DNA of 64,000 bases, taken from assembly GCA_029259055.1 (NCBI GenBank), contig JAPDJP010000012.1:59883-123882 (forward strand), given 5' to 3'. Position numbers and translations under genes: made by a program. The notes under the pieces were generated by a model. That model had not been told where the DNA came from. It searched no databases and worked only from the letters and a program-made list of their open reading frames with translations. This stretch comes from Thermoplasmatota archaeon (GTDB lineage Archaea > Thermoplasmatota > E2 > UBA202 > JdFR-43). Below, one piece after another: positions 37,166 to 46,660 of this stretch; the first letter of the stretch is position 1; the number at the start of each line of letters is the position of its first letter.

Positions 37166-37178
37166 TTTAAAAAGTGAT

Positions 37179-37508
37179 ATGAATATGAATGAAGCTGAAG
37201 AAATAAAAAGAAGAATGCTGGAACAAATGCAAAGGCAGATTGAGGAAGAGCAGAGAAAACAAGCTGAAAAGGAGATAATTGAAGCTCAAAAAAGAGCTAT
37301 TTTGCGTGTTATTTTAGATTCAGAAGCTAGAAGTAGATTAGAAAGAATAAGAATGGCTAAGCCAGATGAAGCTGAATTTATTGAAAATCAGTTAATAAGG
37401 CTTTATCAATCTGGAAAAATAAGAAATAAAATAACTGATGAAGCATTAAAGATTTTAATAAAAAATTTATTACCTCAAAAAAGAGATATAAAAATAAGGA
37501 GGATATAA
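37179..37508 (+). CDS. DNA-binding protein, PDCD5/TFAR19 homolog (COG2118)
   Basis: 109 aa. ...[38 protein letters not shown] matches the archaeal PDCD5-like family. Confidence 0.8.
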   Translation: MNMNEAEEIKRRMLEQMQRQIEEEQRKQAEKEIIEAQKRAILRVILDSEARSRLERIRMAKPDEAEFIENQLIRLYQSGKIRNKITDEALKILIKNLLPQKRDIKIRRI

Positions 37509-37509
37509 A

Positions 37510-37665
37510 ATGGCGAGGAATAAGCATTTGGCTAGGAAAAAAAGATTATTAAAAGCTATGAAAAGTAACAGGAGAGTACCAGCTTGGATAATTATGAGAA
37601 CTAATAGAAGATTCCTTCAGCATCCTAAAAGGAGGCACTGGAGGAGGAGTAAATTAAAGAGGTGA
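37510..37665 (+). CDS. rpl39e: 50S ribosomal protein L39e (51 aa); not in the ORF track
   Basis: Manual translation gives [57 protein letters not shown]...RRHWRR is the L39e signature. Confidence 0.85.
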   Translation: MARNKHLARKKRLLKAMKSNRRVPAWIIMRTNRRFLQHPKRRHWRRSKLKR

Positions 37666-37669
37666 TTTT

Positions 37670-38125
37670 ATGGAGGAGAGGATATATACTATACCATTAA
37701 TTAAAGCAAAATCAGTTCCGAGAATAAAAAGAGCTAAAAGGGCGATTAAAGAAATAAAAGAATTTTTGGCTAAGCATATGAAGGTTGAAGAAGTTAAAAT
37801 AGATAGTAGCTTGAACGAGCTTGTATGGGAAAGAGGGATCAAAAAAATACCTAGTAAGGTAAGAGTAAAAGCGGTAAAAATGGAAGATGTTGTATGGGCA
37901 TATACTCCGGAGGCTGAAGTTAAATTACCAGAAGAAAAGAAGAAAAAGGTAAAGAAAGAAAAGAAGAAAGAGGAGGAGAAAAAAGAGGAAGAAAAAGAAA
38001 TAAAAGAGGAAAGGGAAGAAATAAAGGAAGAAGAAGGGGAAGAAGAAAAGGAGGAAAAAGAAGAAGAGAAGGAAAAGGAATTAAAAGAGGGGGAAGAAGA
38101 AATAAAGGAGGAAGAGAAAGAATAG
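37670..38125 (+). CDS. rpl31e: 50S ribosomal protein L31e with an unusual ~65-aa K/E-rich C-terminal extension
   Basis: The N-terminal ~85 aa match L31e (IYTIPL...[10 protein letters not shown]). The C-terminus is [28 protein letters not shown]...EEEKE. Confidence 0.85.
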   Translation: MEERIYTIPLIKAKSVPRIKRAKRAIKEIKEFLAKHMKVEEVKIDSSLNELVWERGIKKIPSKVRVKAVKMEDVVWAYTPEAEVKLPEEKKKKVKKEKKKEEEKKEEEKEIKEEREEIKEEEGEEEKEEKEEEKEKELKEGEEEIKEEEKE

Positions 38126-38132
38126 TGTTAAT

Positions 38133-38801
38133 ATGCTAAAAAGGTTGGATTTCAATGGAAATCCGCATGTTGGTGTTTATTGTAAAGCTAATAATGAAAT
38201 AGCCTTTGTTGAACCTTCTCTTCCGCAGAAAGATTTGAAGGAAATTGAGAAAGCATTAAAAGTTAAGGTAATAGAATTAACAATAGGAGGAAGTACAATA
38301 GTTGGTTCCTTACTTGCTATAAATTCAAACGGAATTGTTGTTACTGATTTTATTAATGATGAAGAACTTCACATAATTGAGAAAAATTTTAAAGGAGAAA
38401 TTTTAATTATTGATGACAAATTTAATGCAGCTGGAAATAACATATTAGCAAATGATTATGGTGCTATAATCCATCCATCAATTAAAGATGATACAATGAA
38501 AAAAATAAAGGAAACCCTAGGAGTAAATGTAAAAAAGGGAACAATTGCTGAATTAAATACTGTTGGAATGCTAGCCATCGCTACTAATAAAGGCATACTT
38601 TGTCATCCAAAAATTAAGGAAGAGGAAAGGAAATTGTTAGAAGAGGTATTGGGTGTTGAAGCAAAGATTGGTACGGTTAATCACGGAATGCCTTATGTAG
38701 GGGCTGGGGTTGTGGCAAATGAATATGGTGCGATAACGAGTACAAATACCACTGGTATAGAGTTAAGTAGGATAGAAGATGCTCTGGATTTGATAGGGTG
38801 A
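38133..38801 (+). CDS. eif6: Translation initiation factor 6 (aIF-6)
   Basis: 222 aa with the pentameric-repeat eIF6 pattern (LDFNGNPHVGVYCKANNEIAFV...). Confidence 0.9.
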   Translation: MLKRLDFNGNPHVGVYCKANNEIAFVEPSLPQKDLKEIEKALKVKVIELTIGGSTIVGSLLAINSNGIVVTDFINDEELHIIEKNFKGEILIIDDKFNAAGNNILANDYGAIIHPSIKDDTMKKIKETLGVNVKKGTIAELNTVGMLAIATNKGILCHPKIKEEERKLLEEVLGVEAKIGTVNHGMPYVGAGVVANEYGAITSTNTTGIELSRIEDALDLIG

Positions 38802-38805
38802 TAAA

Positions 38806-39036
38806 ATGAAGGCGTATAGGATAGAGGGGAAATTCTTAATGAAGGATGTTTGGCAGCCTTTTAGGAAAGAAATAATTGGAGAAAATGAGGAGGATGCGAA
38901 AGAAAGAATTTTATCAATAATAGGGAGCAGACATAAAGTAAAAAGGAGAATGATTAAAATAGATAATATAGTAGAATTAAAAGAGGAAGAGGTGCAAGAC
39001 CCTCTTGTTAAATATATATTGGAGAAGAGAAAATGA
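38806..39036 (+). CDS. rplX: 50S ribosomal protein LX (L18Ae/L20A family)
   Basis: 76 aa. MKAYRIEGKF...MKDVWQPFRKEI matches the LX family. Confidence 0.8.
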   Translation: MKAYRIEGKFLMKDVWQPFRKEIIGENEEDAKERILSIIGSRHKVKRRMIKIDNIVELKEEEVQDPLVKYILEKRK

Positions 39037-39455
39037 ATGAAAAGGAGAAAATAAAAGAGGAAGAATATAAAAGGCAAATATATCTGCTACAACTATATAG
39101 AGAGCAAATTGAAGAAATATACGCTCAGATGGAACTAATAGAAAGATTTATAGGAGAATACAGTAGAGCCATCGAAACTCTTCAGGAATTGGCGGGAATA
39201 GAGGAGAAAGACGCATTAATGCCTCTGGGCGGTAATTCCTTTGCACATGTTGAAATAAAAGATTTGAAAAAAGTTTTAGTAAATGTTGGAAGAGGAATTT
39301 TTATTGAAAAAACTTTGAATGGAGCTATTGATTTTATGAATAAAAAAATAGAAGATTTAAAAAAGAGTGAGCAAAACCTTGCTAAAACTGCCGAAGAAAT
39401 AAGATTAAAAATGGAAGAATTATCTAGTAAATTAGAAAATGTTCAAGTTTCTTAG
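39033..39455 (+). CDS. pfdA: Prefoldin alpha subunit
   Basis: 140 aa. Coiled coil, beta-hairpin, coiled coil (...[32 protein letters not shown]...). Confidence 0.8.
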   Translation: MNEKEKIKEEEYKRQIYLLQLYREQIEEIYAQMELIERFIGEYSRAIETLQELAGIEEKDALMPLGGNSFAHVEIKDLKKVLVNVGRGIFIEKTLNGAIDFMNKKIEDLKKSEQNLAKTAEEIRLKMEELSSKLENVQVS

Positions 39456-40356
39456 AAGAAAGCTTAAAGAAATAAAAGAAGCAGAAAAGGAGGAAGAGAA
39501 AGAAGAAGAGATAAAGAAAAGTAGATTTGGAATTAGTGAAAAGAAATTAGAAGAATTGTTATGGAAGCTTGAAATAGACTTGATAGAGGCAAACGTCGCA
39601 TATGAAGTAATAGAAGAGATAAAAAGAGAGATAAAAAGAAAATTAGTCGGTATTTCAAGGAAAGAAGCAAGAGATGCTGTGGAAAAAGCAATTAAAGATG
39701 CAATTTATAATATACTTAAGAAGAGTGAAGGAGATTTTTTTAAAGAAATAGAAAAAATAGAAAAGCCAATCATAGTTTTGTTTGTTGGAGTGAATGGTTC
39801 TGGAAAAACAACAGCCATTGCAAAACTTGCCTATCATTTGAAAAATAAGGGGTATAGTTGTGTTATAGCTGCATGTGATACTTTCAGAGCGGGAGCAATA
39901 GAACAACTTGAAAAACATGCCAACAATTTAGGAATAAAAATGATAAAGCACGATTTTGGCGCCGACCCCGCCGCTGTTGCCTATGATGCGATAGAACATG
40001 CAAAAGCAAAGCATAAGGATTTTGTCCTAATTGATACAGCCGGTAGAATGCAAACAAACATAAATCTAATGGAAGAAATGAAGAAAATAAAAAGAGTTGC
40101 CAAGCCACATCTAACAATATTTGTTGGAGATGCTTTAACAGGTAATGATGCTATTGAACAAGCTAGAAGATTCAATGAATATGTTGGTATTGATGGGATA
40201 ATTTTAACTAAAGTTGATGCTGATGCAAAAGGAGGAGCTTCCATATCTATAGCGTATGCAATAAAGAAACCACTATATTTTATTGGAATAGGACAAGGAT
40301 ATGAAGACCAAATTCCTTTTAAGGCGGAATGGATGATGGAAAAAATATTTGGATAA
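39439..40356 (+). CDS. ftsY: Signal recognition particle receptor FtsY
   Basis: SRP-GTPase NG domain with [21 protein letters not shown] and TKVD motifs. Confidence 0.9.
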   Translation: MFKFLRRKLKEIKEAEKEEEKEEEIKKSRFGISEKKLEELLWKLEIDLIEANVAYEVIEEIKREIKRKLVGISRKEARDAVEKAIKDAIYNILKKSEGDFFKEIEKIEKPIIVLFVGVNGSGKTTAIAKLAYHLKNKGYSCVIAACDTFRAGAIEQLEKHANNLGIKMIKHDFGADPAAVAYDAIEHAKAKHKDFVLIDTAGRMQTNINLMEEMKKIKRVAKPHLTIFVGDALTGNDAIEQARRFNEYVGIDGIILTKVDADAKGGASISIAYAIKKPLYFIGIGQGYEDQIPFKAEWMMEKIFG

Positions 40357-40914
40357 TTAGATTTCCTCATCTAAATATCTTCTATATAAACTGTGGTTTA
40401 TGTTCAATTGCTCCAAAATTTTCCCAACAATATAATTTACTAAATCTTCAATTTTAATTGGCTTATAATAAAAAGCGGGCATTGCTGGCAACACAATAGC
40501 GCCTGCTCTTTTCAACCTAACCATATTTTCTAAGCTCATTAAATCTAACGGAGTTTCTCTGGGAACAACAATTAACTTTCTTCCTTCCTTCAGACAGCAT
40601 ATTGCTGCCCTAGTTATCAAATTTAAAGCAATTCCATTTGCAATACATGCCATTGTTTTTAAGCTACAAGGACAAATTATCATCGCATCATGAATAAATG
40701 AACCTGATGCAAGTTTGCTATCTATTTCATCTTCTCTATAAAATTCTTTTGCAAATGCTTTCAAATCATTTAAAGAATAATTTGTTTCATATTCAATTAT
40801 TTTCTCCGCATTTTTACTTATTATCAGATAAACTTCCTCATTTTTTATTTCTTCAAGAAGCCTAATTCCGTATATTACTCCAGATGCTCCTGTTATTGCA
40901 AGGATAATTTTCAT
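40357..40914 (-). CDS. ubiX: Flavin prenyltransferase UbiX/Pad1 family
   Basis: 185 aa. N-terminus KIILAITGASGVIYGIRLLE, with a flavoprotein fold pattern throughout. Confidence 0.85.
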   Translation of the reverse strand: MKIILAITGASGVIYGIRLLEEIKNEEVYLIISKNAEKIIEYETNYSLNDLKAFAKEFYREDEIDSKLASGSFIHDAMIICPCSLKTMACIANGIALNLITRAAICCLKEGRKLIVVPRETPLDLMSLENMVRLKRAGAIVLPAMPAFYYKPIKIEDLVNYIVGKILEQLNINHSLYRRYLDEEI

Positions 40915-40944
40915 AGCAGAAAATTATTTGGTAAATTAAAAACA

Positions 40945-41421
40945 TTAGGTTTTCCTTATTCTTTTTAATTTTCCTCCACATATAGGGCATTCTTCATAAT
41001 ATTTATCAAAATCCTTCCCACAAAATTTACATCTAAATTTCCAATAAATTTTTTCCTTTATTCCTTCTTCAACAATGCTTTTAAATTTAATTCCCATCTC
41101 CTTAGCAACATTCTGCATTGAATAATCGTCTGTCAACAAAATAGCATTAAGATAAAAAGCTAGGGCAATAATTTCAATATCAACTTCAGATAGGTTTGCA
41201 TAATCTCCTGTTTTAATCGCGACTTTTTTAACCATTTCAACGACTTCTTTTGGAGGCTCAATTAATTCCATCCCCTTACTTCTCATAAACTCAAACATTC
41301 TCCATGAATGACCTTTCGGTTTTATTTCTTTTAAAACCTTAGGAGATGTTACACTCTTTTTTTCAAAAATTTTTCCTGATAGAATAGCGGATGTATCTAA
41401 AACGTATATATCATTATTCAT
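40945..41421 (-). CDS. nob1: Nob1-type endonuclease (PIN domain plus C-terminal zinc ribbon), 16S rRNA 3'-end maturation
   Basis: 158 aa. PIN N-terminus (YVLDTSAIL...LTDDYSMQN). C-terminal CKFCGK...CPICGG zinc ribbon. Confidence 0.7.
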   Translation of the reverse strand: MNNDIYVLDTSAILSGKIFEKKSVTSPKVLKEIKPKGHSWRMFEFMRSKGMELIEPPKEVVEMVKKVAIKTGDYANLSEVDIEIIALAFYLNAILLTDDYSMQNVAKEMGIKFKSIVEEGIKEKIYWKFRCKFCGKDFDKYYEECPICGGKLKRIRKT

Positions 41422-41481
41422 TTTTACAAAATTATGAAAAATTATTATAAAATATTTTATACTGATGCAACATAAAAATTT

Positions 41482-41964
41482 GTGAAGATAAAAATAGATG
41501 GATGGAAAAGCAACCTGACATTTTCATGCGCCCATTTTTTGCCAGATTATTCAAAATGTTCACGTCTTCATGGCCATACATATGCCATACATGTTTATCT
41601 TGAAGGAGAACCAAAACAAGATATACTTTTTGATTTTAGAGAGATAAAGAAAATTTTGATAGAAATAATAAATGAAATAGACCATAAAGTATTGATTCCC
41701 ACTGAGGGAAAATTACAAATTAAGGAAAATATGGAGGAAATTGAAGTTATACATGAAGATAAAAGATATGTTTTTCCAAAGGATGATTGTGCTTTACTTC
41801 CGATATATTCATCATCTGCGGAAAATTTGGCATCCTTTATATTAAAAAGAGTTGTTGAAAAAATTATTAATTCAGATGATAGAATAAAGGTTATTGAAGT
41901 AGGAGTGGATGAAGGTTATGGACAAGGGGCGTGGGCGAAATGGGAAAAAAAGCGGTATGTTTAA
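41482..41964 (+). CDS. queD: 6-carboxy-5,6,7,8-tetrahydropterin synthase (QueD/PTPS family)
   Basis: 160 aa. FSCAHFLPDYSKCSRLHGHTY carries the CxxxHGH Zn/catalytic motif. Confidence 0.8.
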   Translation: MKIKIDGWKSNLTFSCAHFLPDYSKCSRLHGHTYAIHVYLEGEPKQDILFDFREIKKILIEIINEIDHKVLIPTEGKLQIKENMEEIEVIHEDKRYVFPKDDCALLPIYSSSAENLASFILKRVVEKIINSDDRIKVIEVGVDEGYGQGAWAKWEKKRYV

Positions 41965-42599
41965 TATCTGGAGGAATGGATTCTGCTGTCTCAGCAGCTA
42001 TTGCAAGGGAAGAAGGAAACGAAATATATGCTATTACTTTTGATTATGGGCAGAGAAATAAAAGAGAAGTGGAATCAGCAAAGGAAATTGCTAAGTGGCT
42101 AAATGCAAAGCATAAAATAATAAAAGTTGACCTCCGCCAGATAGGGGGCTCCGCCCTAACGGATAATATTGAAGTGCCGGAAGAAGCTCATGGTATTCCA
42201 GCTACTTATGTGCCAGCAAGAAACACCATTTTCTTATCTTTTGCTTTGGCATATGCAGAAGTTGTAGATGCGGATTACATTTTTATAGGGGTTAATGCTG
42301 TTGACTATTCCGGGTATCCAGATTGTAGGCCTCAATATATCAAGGCTTTCAGAAATTTAGCCAATCTTGCAACAAAAAGGAGCGTGGAAGGAAGGCCAAT
42401 AGAAATAAAAACTCCTCTCTTATATTTAACAAAAGCAGAAATTGTCAAAAAAGGCTATGAACTTGGAGTTCCCTTTGAAAAAACATGGAGTTGTTATAGG
42501 GAGAGAGAAAAACATTGTGGAAGATGTCCCTCTTGCAAATTAAGAAAAAAAGCATTTAAAGAGGCAGGAATAGAAGATCCGACAGAATATGAAAATTAA
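41931..42599 (+). CDS. queC: 7-cyano-7-deazaguanine synthase QueC
   Basis: 222 aa. PP-loop LISGGMDSAV. C-terminal Zn site CGRCPSCKLR. Confidence 0.9.
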   Translation: MGEMGKKAVCLISGGMDSAVSAAIAREEGNEIYAITFDYGQRNKREVESAKEIAKWLNAKHKIIKVDLRQIGGSALTDNIEVPEEAHGIPATYVPARNTIFLSFALAYAEVVDADYIFIGVNAVDYSGYPDCRPQYIKAFRNLANLATKRSVEGRPIEIKTPLLYLTKAEIVKKGYELGVPFEKTWSCYREREKHCGRCPSCKLRKKAFKEAGIEDPTEYEN

Positions 42600-44034
42600 A
42601 TTGATATTTATCATAATAATGGTTGTTCTTATCGTTGGATGTATTGAAAAGAAGGAAGGAAAACCATCATATTTTAAAACCGGAGAATTTAGAATTGGAG
42701 ATAAATTTGAATACGAATTATGGGGAAAAATGATTTATAGGAGAGATGTGGGATACTATACAAAATTTTATACCTACAGTAGTATTGGAAAAGCAACAAT
42801 AGAGATTAAAGAAGCTAAAATTGAAGACGGTTTTGGAAATGAAATTAACGTAATAGATTTTCATATGACTTCTTATGAAACTCCTTACAATAGGACAGGG
42901 GGGGAAGAGAAGGAGGATTTGACGGTTGATTTAGAAAAACATATATATAGAATATATGAAGGGAATGTAATTGGGGGCATAATTAAAAGCATAACAATAC
43001 ATCATGCATGGAATAGAGATAGGCACATTGAAATAAATTGTTATCCAATAAATGATTTCATTGATTTCTTTTTACAAAAAGAATTCAAGGAAGGAATGAA
43101 TGGAAGTTATATATATGAAGGAAAGGAATTTACATGGAAAACAGAGTATGATAAAGATTTGAAAGCATTAAGAATTAACATAAAAAATGAAAATAATATA
43201 ACTTCTATATGGATTAAAAATGGCTATCCATTACCATATAAAATAGTTTATAAAATGGATAATGAAGTTAGAAATAATACTTATTCTTTTATTTTAAAGG
43301 AATATAAGAAGGGTAAGGGAAAAAATTTCAAAATAGGTAGCAATGGTTATAATTCTTCAAGAAATGCATACTATGAAAAATGGAAAAATTTCATGAGCCC
43401 TTTACAAGGCAACAACAGCAGGATGAAAATGAGTTTAAGAGATGCTGTTGCAAAAGCATTGAGCTATGAAGGCCTAAAGGAATTTATGAGAGAAAATGAC
43501 AATGTATATTTAGTGTATGCGGAATATTGGGAAAAAAAGAATGAAGCAGGGTGGATTTTACATTTTGGAAATGAATATTTAAGGAAAGATTATGTGCTAA
43601 ATGTATCAAATGCTAACAAAGAGCCAATACCCTCTTATGAATTATCTCCATATTTAGCTTATAAAGATATACCAAAGAATTTTGAAGAATTAAATGATAA
43701 GTTGATGGTAATATCAGATGCTGAGAGCATCTTCGAAGATTTTATAAATTATGATTTTAAAAATTTCTCTTTTAGACTCTCATATATTGAAATATATTAT
43801 CCTGATACTTTATTTGATATATGGGAAGGAAATAGCAAAGATAAAGAAATAATAGGCGCTGATATTGAGCCGCAACCGAGAAGCGCTTGCTTAATAGACG
43901 GGTTTTATAAATTAACAAGAGATTATGCCTTTGGATATAGACTGGTGGGTTTTTCTCCTCCATTCATCATATTCGATGGCAAATTAAACGGGATGAATGG
44001 TATGGTTACCTATATTTATTATGAGGAATTATAA
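42589..44034 (+). CDS. Hypothetical secreted/lipoprotein-like protein inserted between queC and queE
   Basis: 481 aa. N-terminus MKIKLIFIIIMVVLIVGCIEKKEG (signal peptide with lipobox-like VGC). No recognisable catalytic motif. Confidence 0.45.
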   Translation: MKIKLIFIIIMVVLIVGCIEKKEGKPSYFKTGEFRIGDKFEYELWGKMIYRRDVGYYTKFYTYSSIGKATIEIKEAKIEDGFGNEINVIDFHMTSYETPYNRTGGEEKEDLTVDLEKHIYRIYEGNVIGGIIKSITIHHAWNRDRHIEINCYPINDFIDFFLQKEFKEGMNGSYIYEGKEFTWKTEYDKDLKALRINIKNENNITSIWIKNGYPLPYKIVYKMDNEVRNNTYSFILKEYKKGKGKNFKIGSNGYNSSRNAYYEKWKNFMSPLQGNNSRMKMSLRDAVAKALSYEGLKEFMRENDNVYLVYAEYWEKKNEAGWILHFGNEYLRKDYVLNVSNANKEPIPSYELSPYLAYKDIPKNFEELNDKLMVISDAESIFEDFINYDFKNFSFRLSYIEIYYPDTLFDIWEGNSKDKEIIGADIEPQPRSACLIDGFYKLTRDYAFGYRLVGFSPPFIIFDGKLNGMNGMVTYIYYEEL

Positions 44035-44056
44035 ATAACGATTTTATTTATTTAAT

Positions 44057-44686
44057 ATGCAAATAAATGAAATATTTTATTCAATACAGGGAGAAGGAAC
44101 AGATATGGGACTTCCTACAATTTTTATCCGATTTACCGGTTGTAATTTAAGATGTAAATATTGTGATACCAAATACGCATTTTATGAAGGGAAAAAAATG
44201 AGTATAAAAAATATTTATGAAATAATTAGTAAATGGAGGTGTAATAGAATTTGCATAACAGGAGGAGAACCTTTATTGCAGGATGAAGTATATGATTTAA
44301 TCGATTTTCTTTTGAAAAAAGATTATAAAGTTAGCGTTGAAACAAATGGTTCTATCGATATATCTAATCTTGCAAAAAAAGATGTAATTATTAAAATGGA
44401 CATTAAGCTACCTTCTTCTGGAATGCATGAAAAAATGAAGCTGGAAAATATTTATATGCTAGGAGATAAAGATGAACTAAAATTTGTTATAGGCAGCAAG
44501 GAAGATTACAAATATGCAAAAAAAATAATTGAAGAATATAAACCGAGATGCAACATAATTTTTCAACCTGTATGGAAAAAATTGGATGCAAAAAACCTTG
44601 CGGAATGGATTTTGGAAGATATGCTAAATGTTCGTCTTTCTATCCAGCTTCATAAAATTTTATGGGGGGAGGAAAGAGGAAAATAA
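44057..44686 (+). CDS. queE: 7-carboxy-7-deazaguanine synthase QueE (radical SAM)
   Basis: 209 aa. FIRFTGCNLRCKYCDT is the QueE-type CxxxCxxC motif. Confidence 0.85.
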   Translation: MQINEIFYSIQGEGTDMGLPTIFIRFTGCNLRCKYCDTKYAFYEGKKMSIKNIYEIISKWRCNRICITGGEPLLQDEVYDLIDFLLKKDYKVSVETNGSIDISNLAKKDVIIKMDIKLPSSGMHEKMKLENIYMLGDKDELKFVIGSKEDYKYAKKIIEEYKPRCNIIFQPVWKKLDAKNLAEWILEDMLNVRLSIQLHKILWGEERGK

Positions 44687-44724
44687 TTTAGATAAATTTA
44701 TAAATGATTGCAAATTATTAGCAT

Positions 44725-44844
44725 ATGAGGGGATGGGAGTATATAGATAACTTTGGAGAAAGTTTAAAAATATATGGAAAAGGAAATTTGAGACGGCTAA
44801 TAGATGCCAAAGGAAGAATAGTTATTGAATATAAGGTAAAATAA
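44725..44844 (+). CDS. Small conserved ORF (39 aa), paralog of 60710..60826; not in the ORF track
   Basis: MRGWEYIDNFGESLKIYGKGNLRRLIDAKGRIVIEYKVK. About 50% identical to the second copy, with shared motif LKI..(K/R)GN.RRL...KG..VIEY.V. Confidence 0.4.
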   Translation: MRGWEYIDNFGESLKIYGKGNLRRLIDAKGRIVIEYKVK

Positions 44845-44858
44845 AAAAATAAAAAAAT

Positions 44859-46079
44859 TTATTTCAATATTATTTCGTCTCCATTTTCCGGGATGTATAC
44901 ATTTACGTCTATTTCCTCTGCAATAGCTTCTGGATTATCAGAATGGAAAATAACAACGTTTTCGGGAGAACAATCCTTTATAAATTTGATGAGTTGGCTG
45001 TGGCCTGCGTGGGCGGAAAAATCGTAAAATTTTACTTGGCAATTCACTTTTGTTCTTACCCCATATAAATCTATTTCTCTGTTTTCTAAAAGCATTCTGC
45101 CATTCGTCCCTTCTACTTGATAACCAGTTATTATGACTGCAGATTTTGGGTCATCTTTTATTTTATCCACATACCATAGCACAGGCCCCCCATTCATCAT
45201 TCCACTGGTTGTCAAAACAACGCCTGCTTTTAATGCAAGTTTTTTTCCATGCTCTGAATAAACAATTTTTAATTCCCTAATAGCTTTCTTTAATTTTTCT
45301 GCAGATTTAATGTAATTTCCATGTTTCAAAATAATATCGGATATTTTGTATCCCATTCCATCAAGCCATACTTCGTGCCCGCTTTTATACAAAATCATAG
45401 CAAGTTCTTGCGTTCTTCCAACCGCAAATGCTGGTATTATTACCTTTCCACCTCTATTAACAATATCTTCTATTTCATCTAAAAATTCTTTCTCAAGTTC
45501 TTTTCTATCAGGATGTTCAACTCCTGCATAAGTTCCCTCTATAAACAAATTTTTGCATTTTATTGGCTTTGCTCCTTTTAATAAATGCGTCTCAATAGTA
45601 TTTATATCACAGGCAAAAACCGTTTCAAATTCTTTTATTTCAATTATCACTGAGCCCGGTATGTGACCCGCAGGATGAAACTCAACTTCTAAATCATTTA
45701 TTATATATTTTTTCTTATCATTTATATAAACAAATTTATCTAAACTATTTTCAAGCTCTTCTTCTCCATATGGAAATGGATGACCTTTTGTATCAGCAAT
45801 TTTTAAAGTATCTCTATATAATATTTCAGATATTTCTTTAGTTAAAGCTGTTGTATAAACTTTTGTATTGTATCTATTACAAATCCACGGAATCATGCCA
45901 GAATGATCCAAATGAGCATGACTTAAAATTGCGTAATCAACTGGGGGAGATTCCATAGGATAAATCGGGGGTTCTTCCGGTGTTAAACCATAATCAATAA
46001 GGAGTTTCTTACCATTAAAATTACTTAAAATGCCAACTCTGCCTACTTCTCTCGCTCCGCCGAGGAATTTTGCAATCAT
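44859..46079 (-). CDS. Metallo-beta-lactamase / beta-CASP family ribonuclease (aCPSF2/RNase J-like, COG1236)
   Basis: 406 aa. HAHLDHSG motif II and downstream beta-CASP motifs (...HPAGHIPGS...SAHAG...). Confidence 0.75.
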   Translation of the reverse strand: MIAKFLGGAREVGRVGILSNFNGKKLLIDYGLTPEEPPIYPMESPPVDYAILSHAHLDHSGMIPWICNRYNTKVYTTALTKEISEILYRDTLKIADTKGHPFPYGEEELENSLDKFVYINDKKKYIINDLEVEFHPAGHIPGSVIIEIKEFETVFACDINTIETHLLKGAKPIKCKNLFIEGTYAGVEHPDRKELEKEFLDEIEDIVNRGGKVIIPAFAVGRTQELAMILYKSGHEVWLDGMGYKISDIILKHGNYIKSAEKLKKAIRELKIVYSEHGKKLALKAGVVLTTSGMMNGGPVLWYVDKIKDDPKSAVIITGYQVEGTNGRMLLENREIDLYGVRTKVNCQVKFYDFSAHAGHSQLIKFIKDCSPENVVIFHSDNPEAIAEEIDVNVYIPENGDEIILK

Positions 46080-46116
46080 TTTTAATGTAAAAAATTTTTT
46101 ATATTAATATTTTTGC

Positions 46117-46617
46117 TCACTGCTGTTCATACCTCTCTATTTTCATTCCTCTATATTCAAGTTTCTCTGAACGCTTTACAATACATCTCATTTGAACAGG
46201 AGATAAAGATAACTCTCTTTCAATTTCCCTACTTAATTCTCCTTCCTCACCTACTCTTTCATAAATTTTTTCTTCTATTTCCTTAAATTTTTCATCGTCC
46301 ATTAAAACAATTGAAAAAACATCTCTTATTACATCAATAGATGTCATTACATTTATATGAAAAGCTGTATAAAATGCATGATATTCTTTTTTTGCTTTTC
46401 CATTTTCTGACATTATCCATCTTGTTTCAACCATTTTTACTTTTTCAAAAAACTTCAAAGCTTTTTTCCCATCTTCTCCATATTTTTCTTCTATTTCTTC
46501 CATTGTTTTCCAATCTTTAGAAACTTCATTAAAAACCTGTCTTTTTATATCTGTATCAAAAGCTTTTGATAGCCATGATAAATCTGTAATATCATTTATT
46601 AATTTAGCTTGCATCAT
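46117..46617 (-). CDS. Hypothetical protein (possible winged-helix regulator)
   Basis: 166 aa. Charged, with no clear motif. Confidence 0.35.
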   Translation of the reverse strand: MMQAKLINDITDLSWLSKAFDTDIKRQVFNEVSKDWKTMEEIEEKYGEDGKKALKFFEKVKMVETRWIMSENGKAKKEYHAFYTAFHINVMTSIDVIRDVFSIVLMDDEKFKEIEEKIYERVGEEGELSREIERELSLSPVQMRCIVKRSEKLEYRGMKIERYEQQ

Positions 46618-46660
46618 AAAAATATATGCAATTTTAGCTTAAATTTCTATGCTTTTTGTT

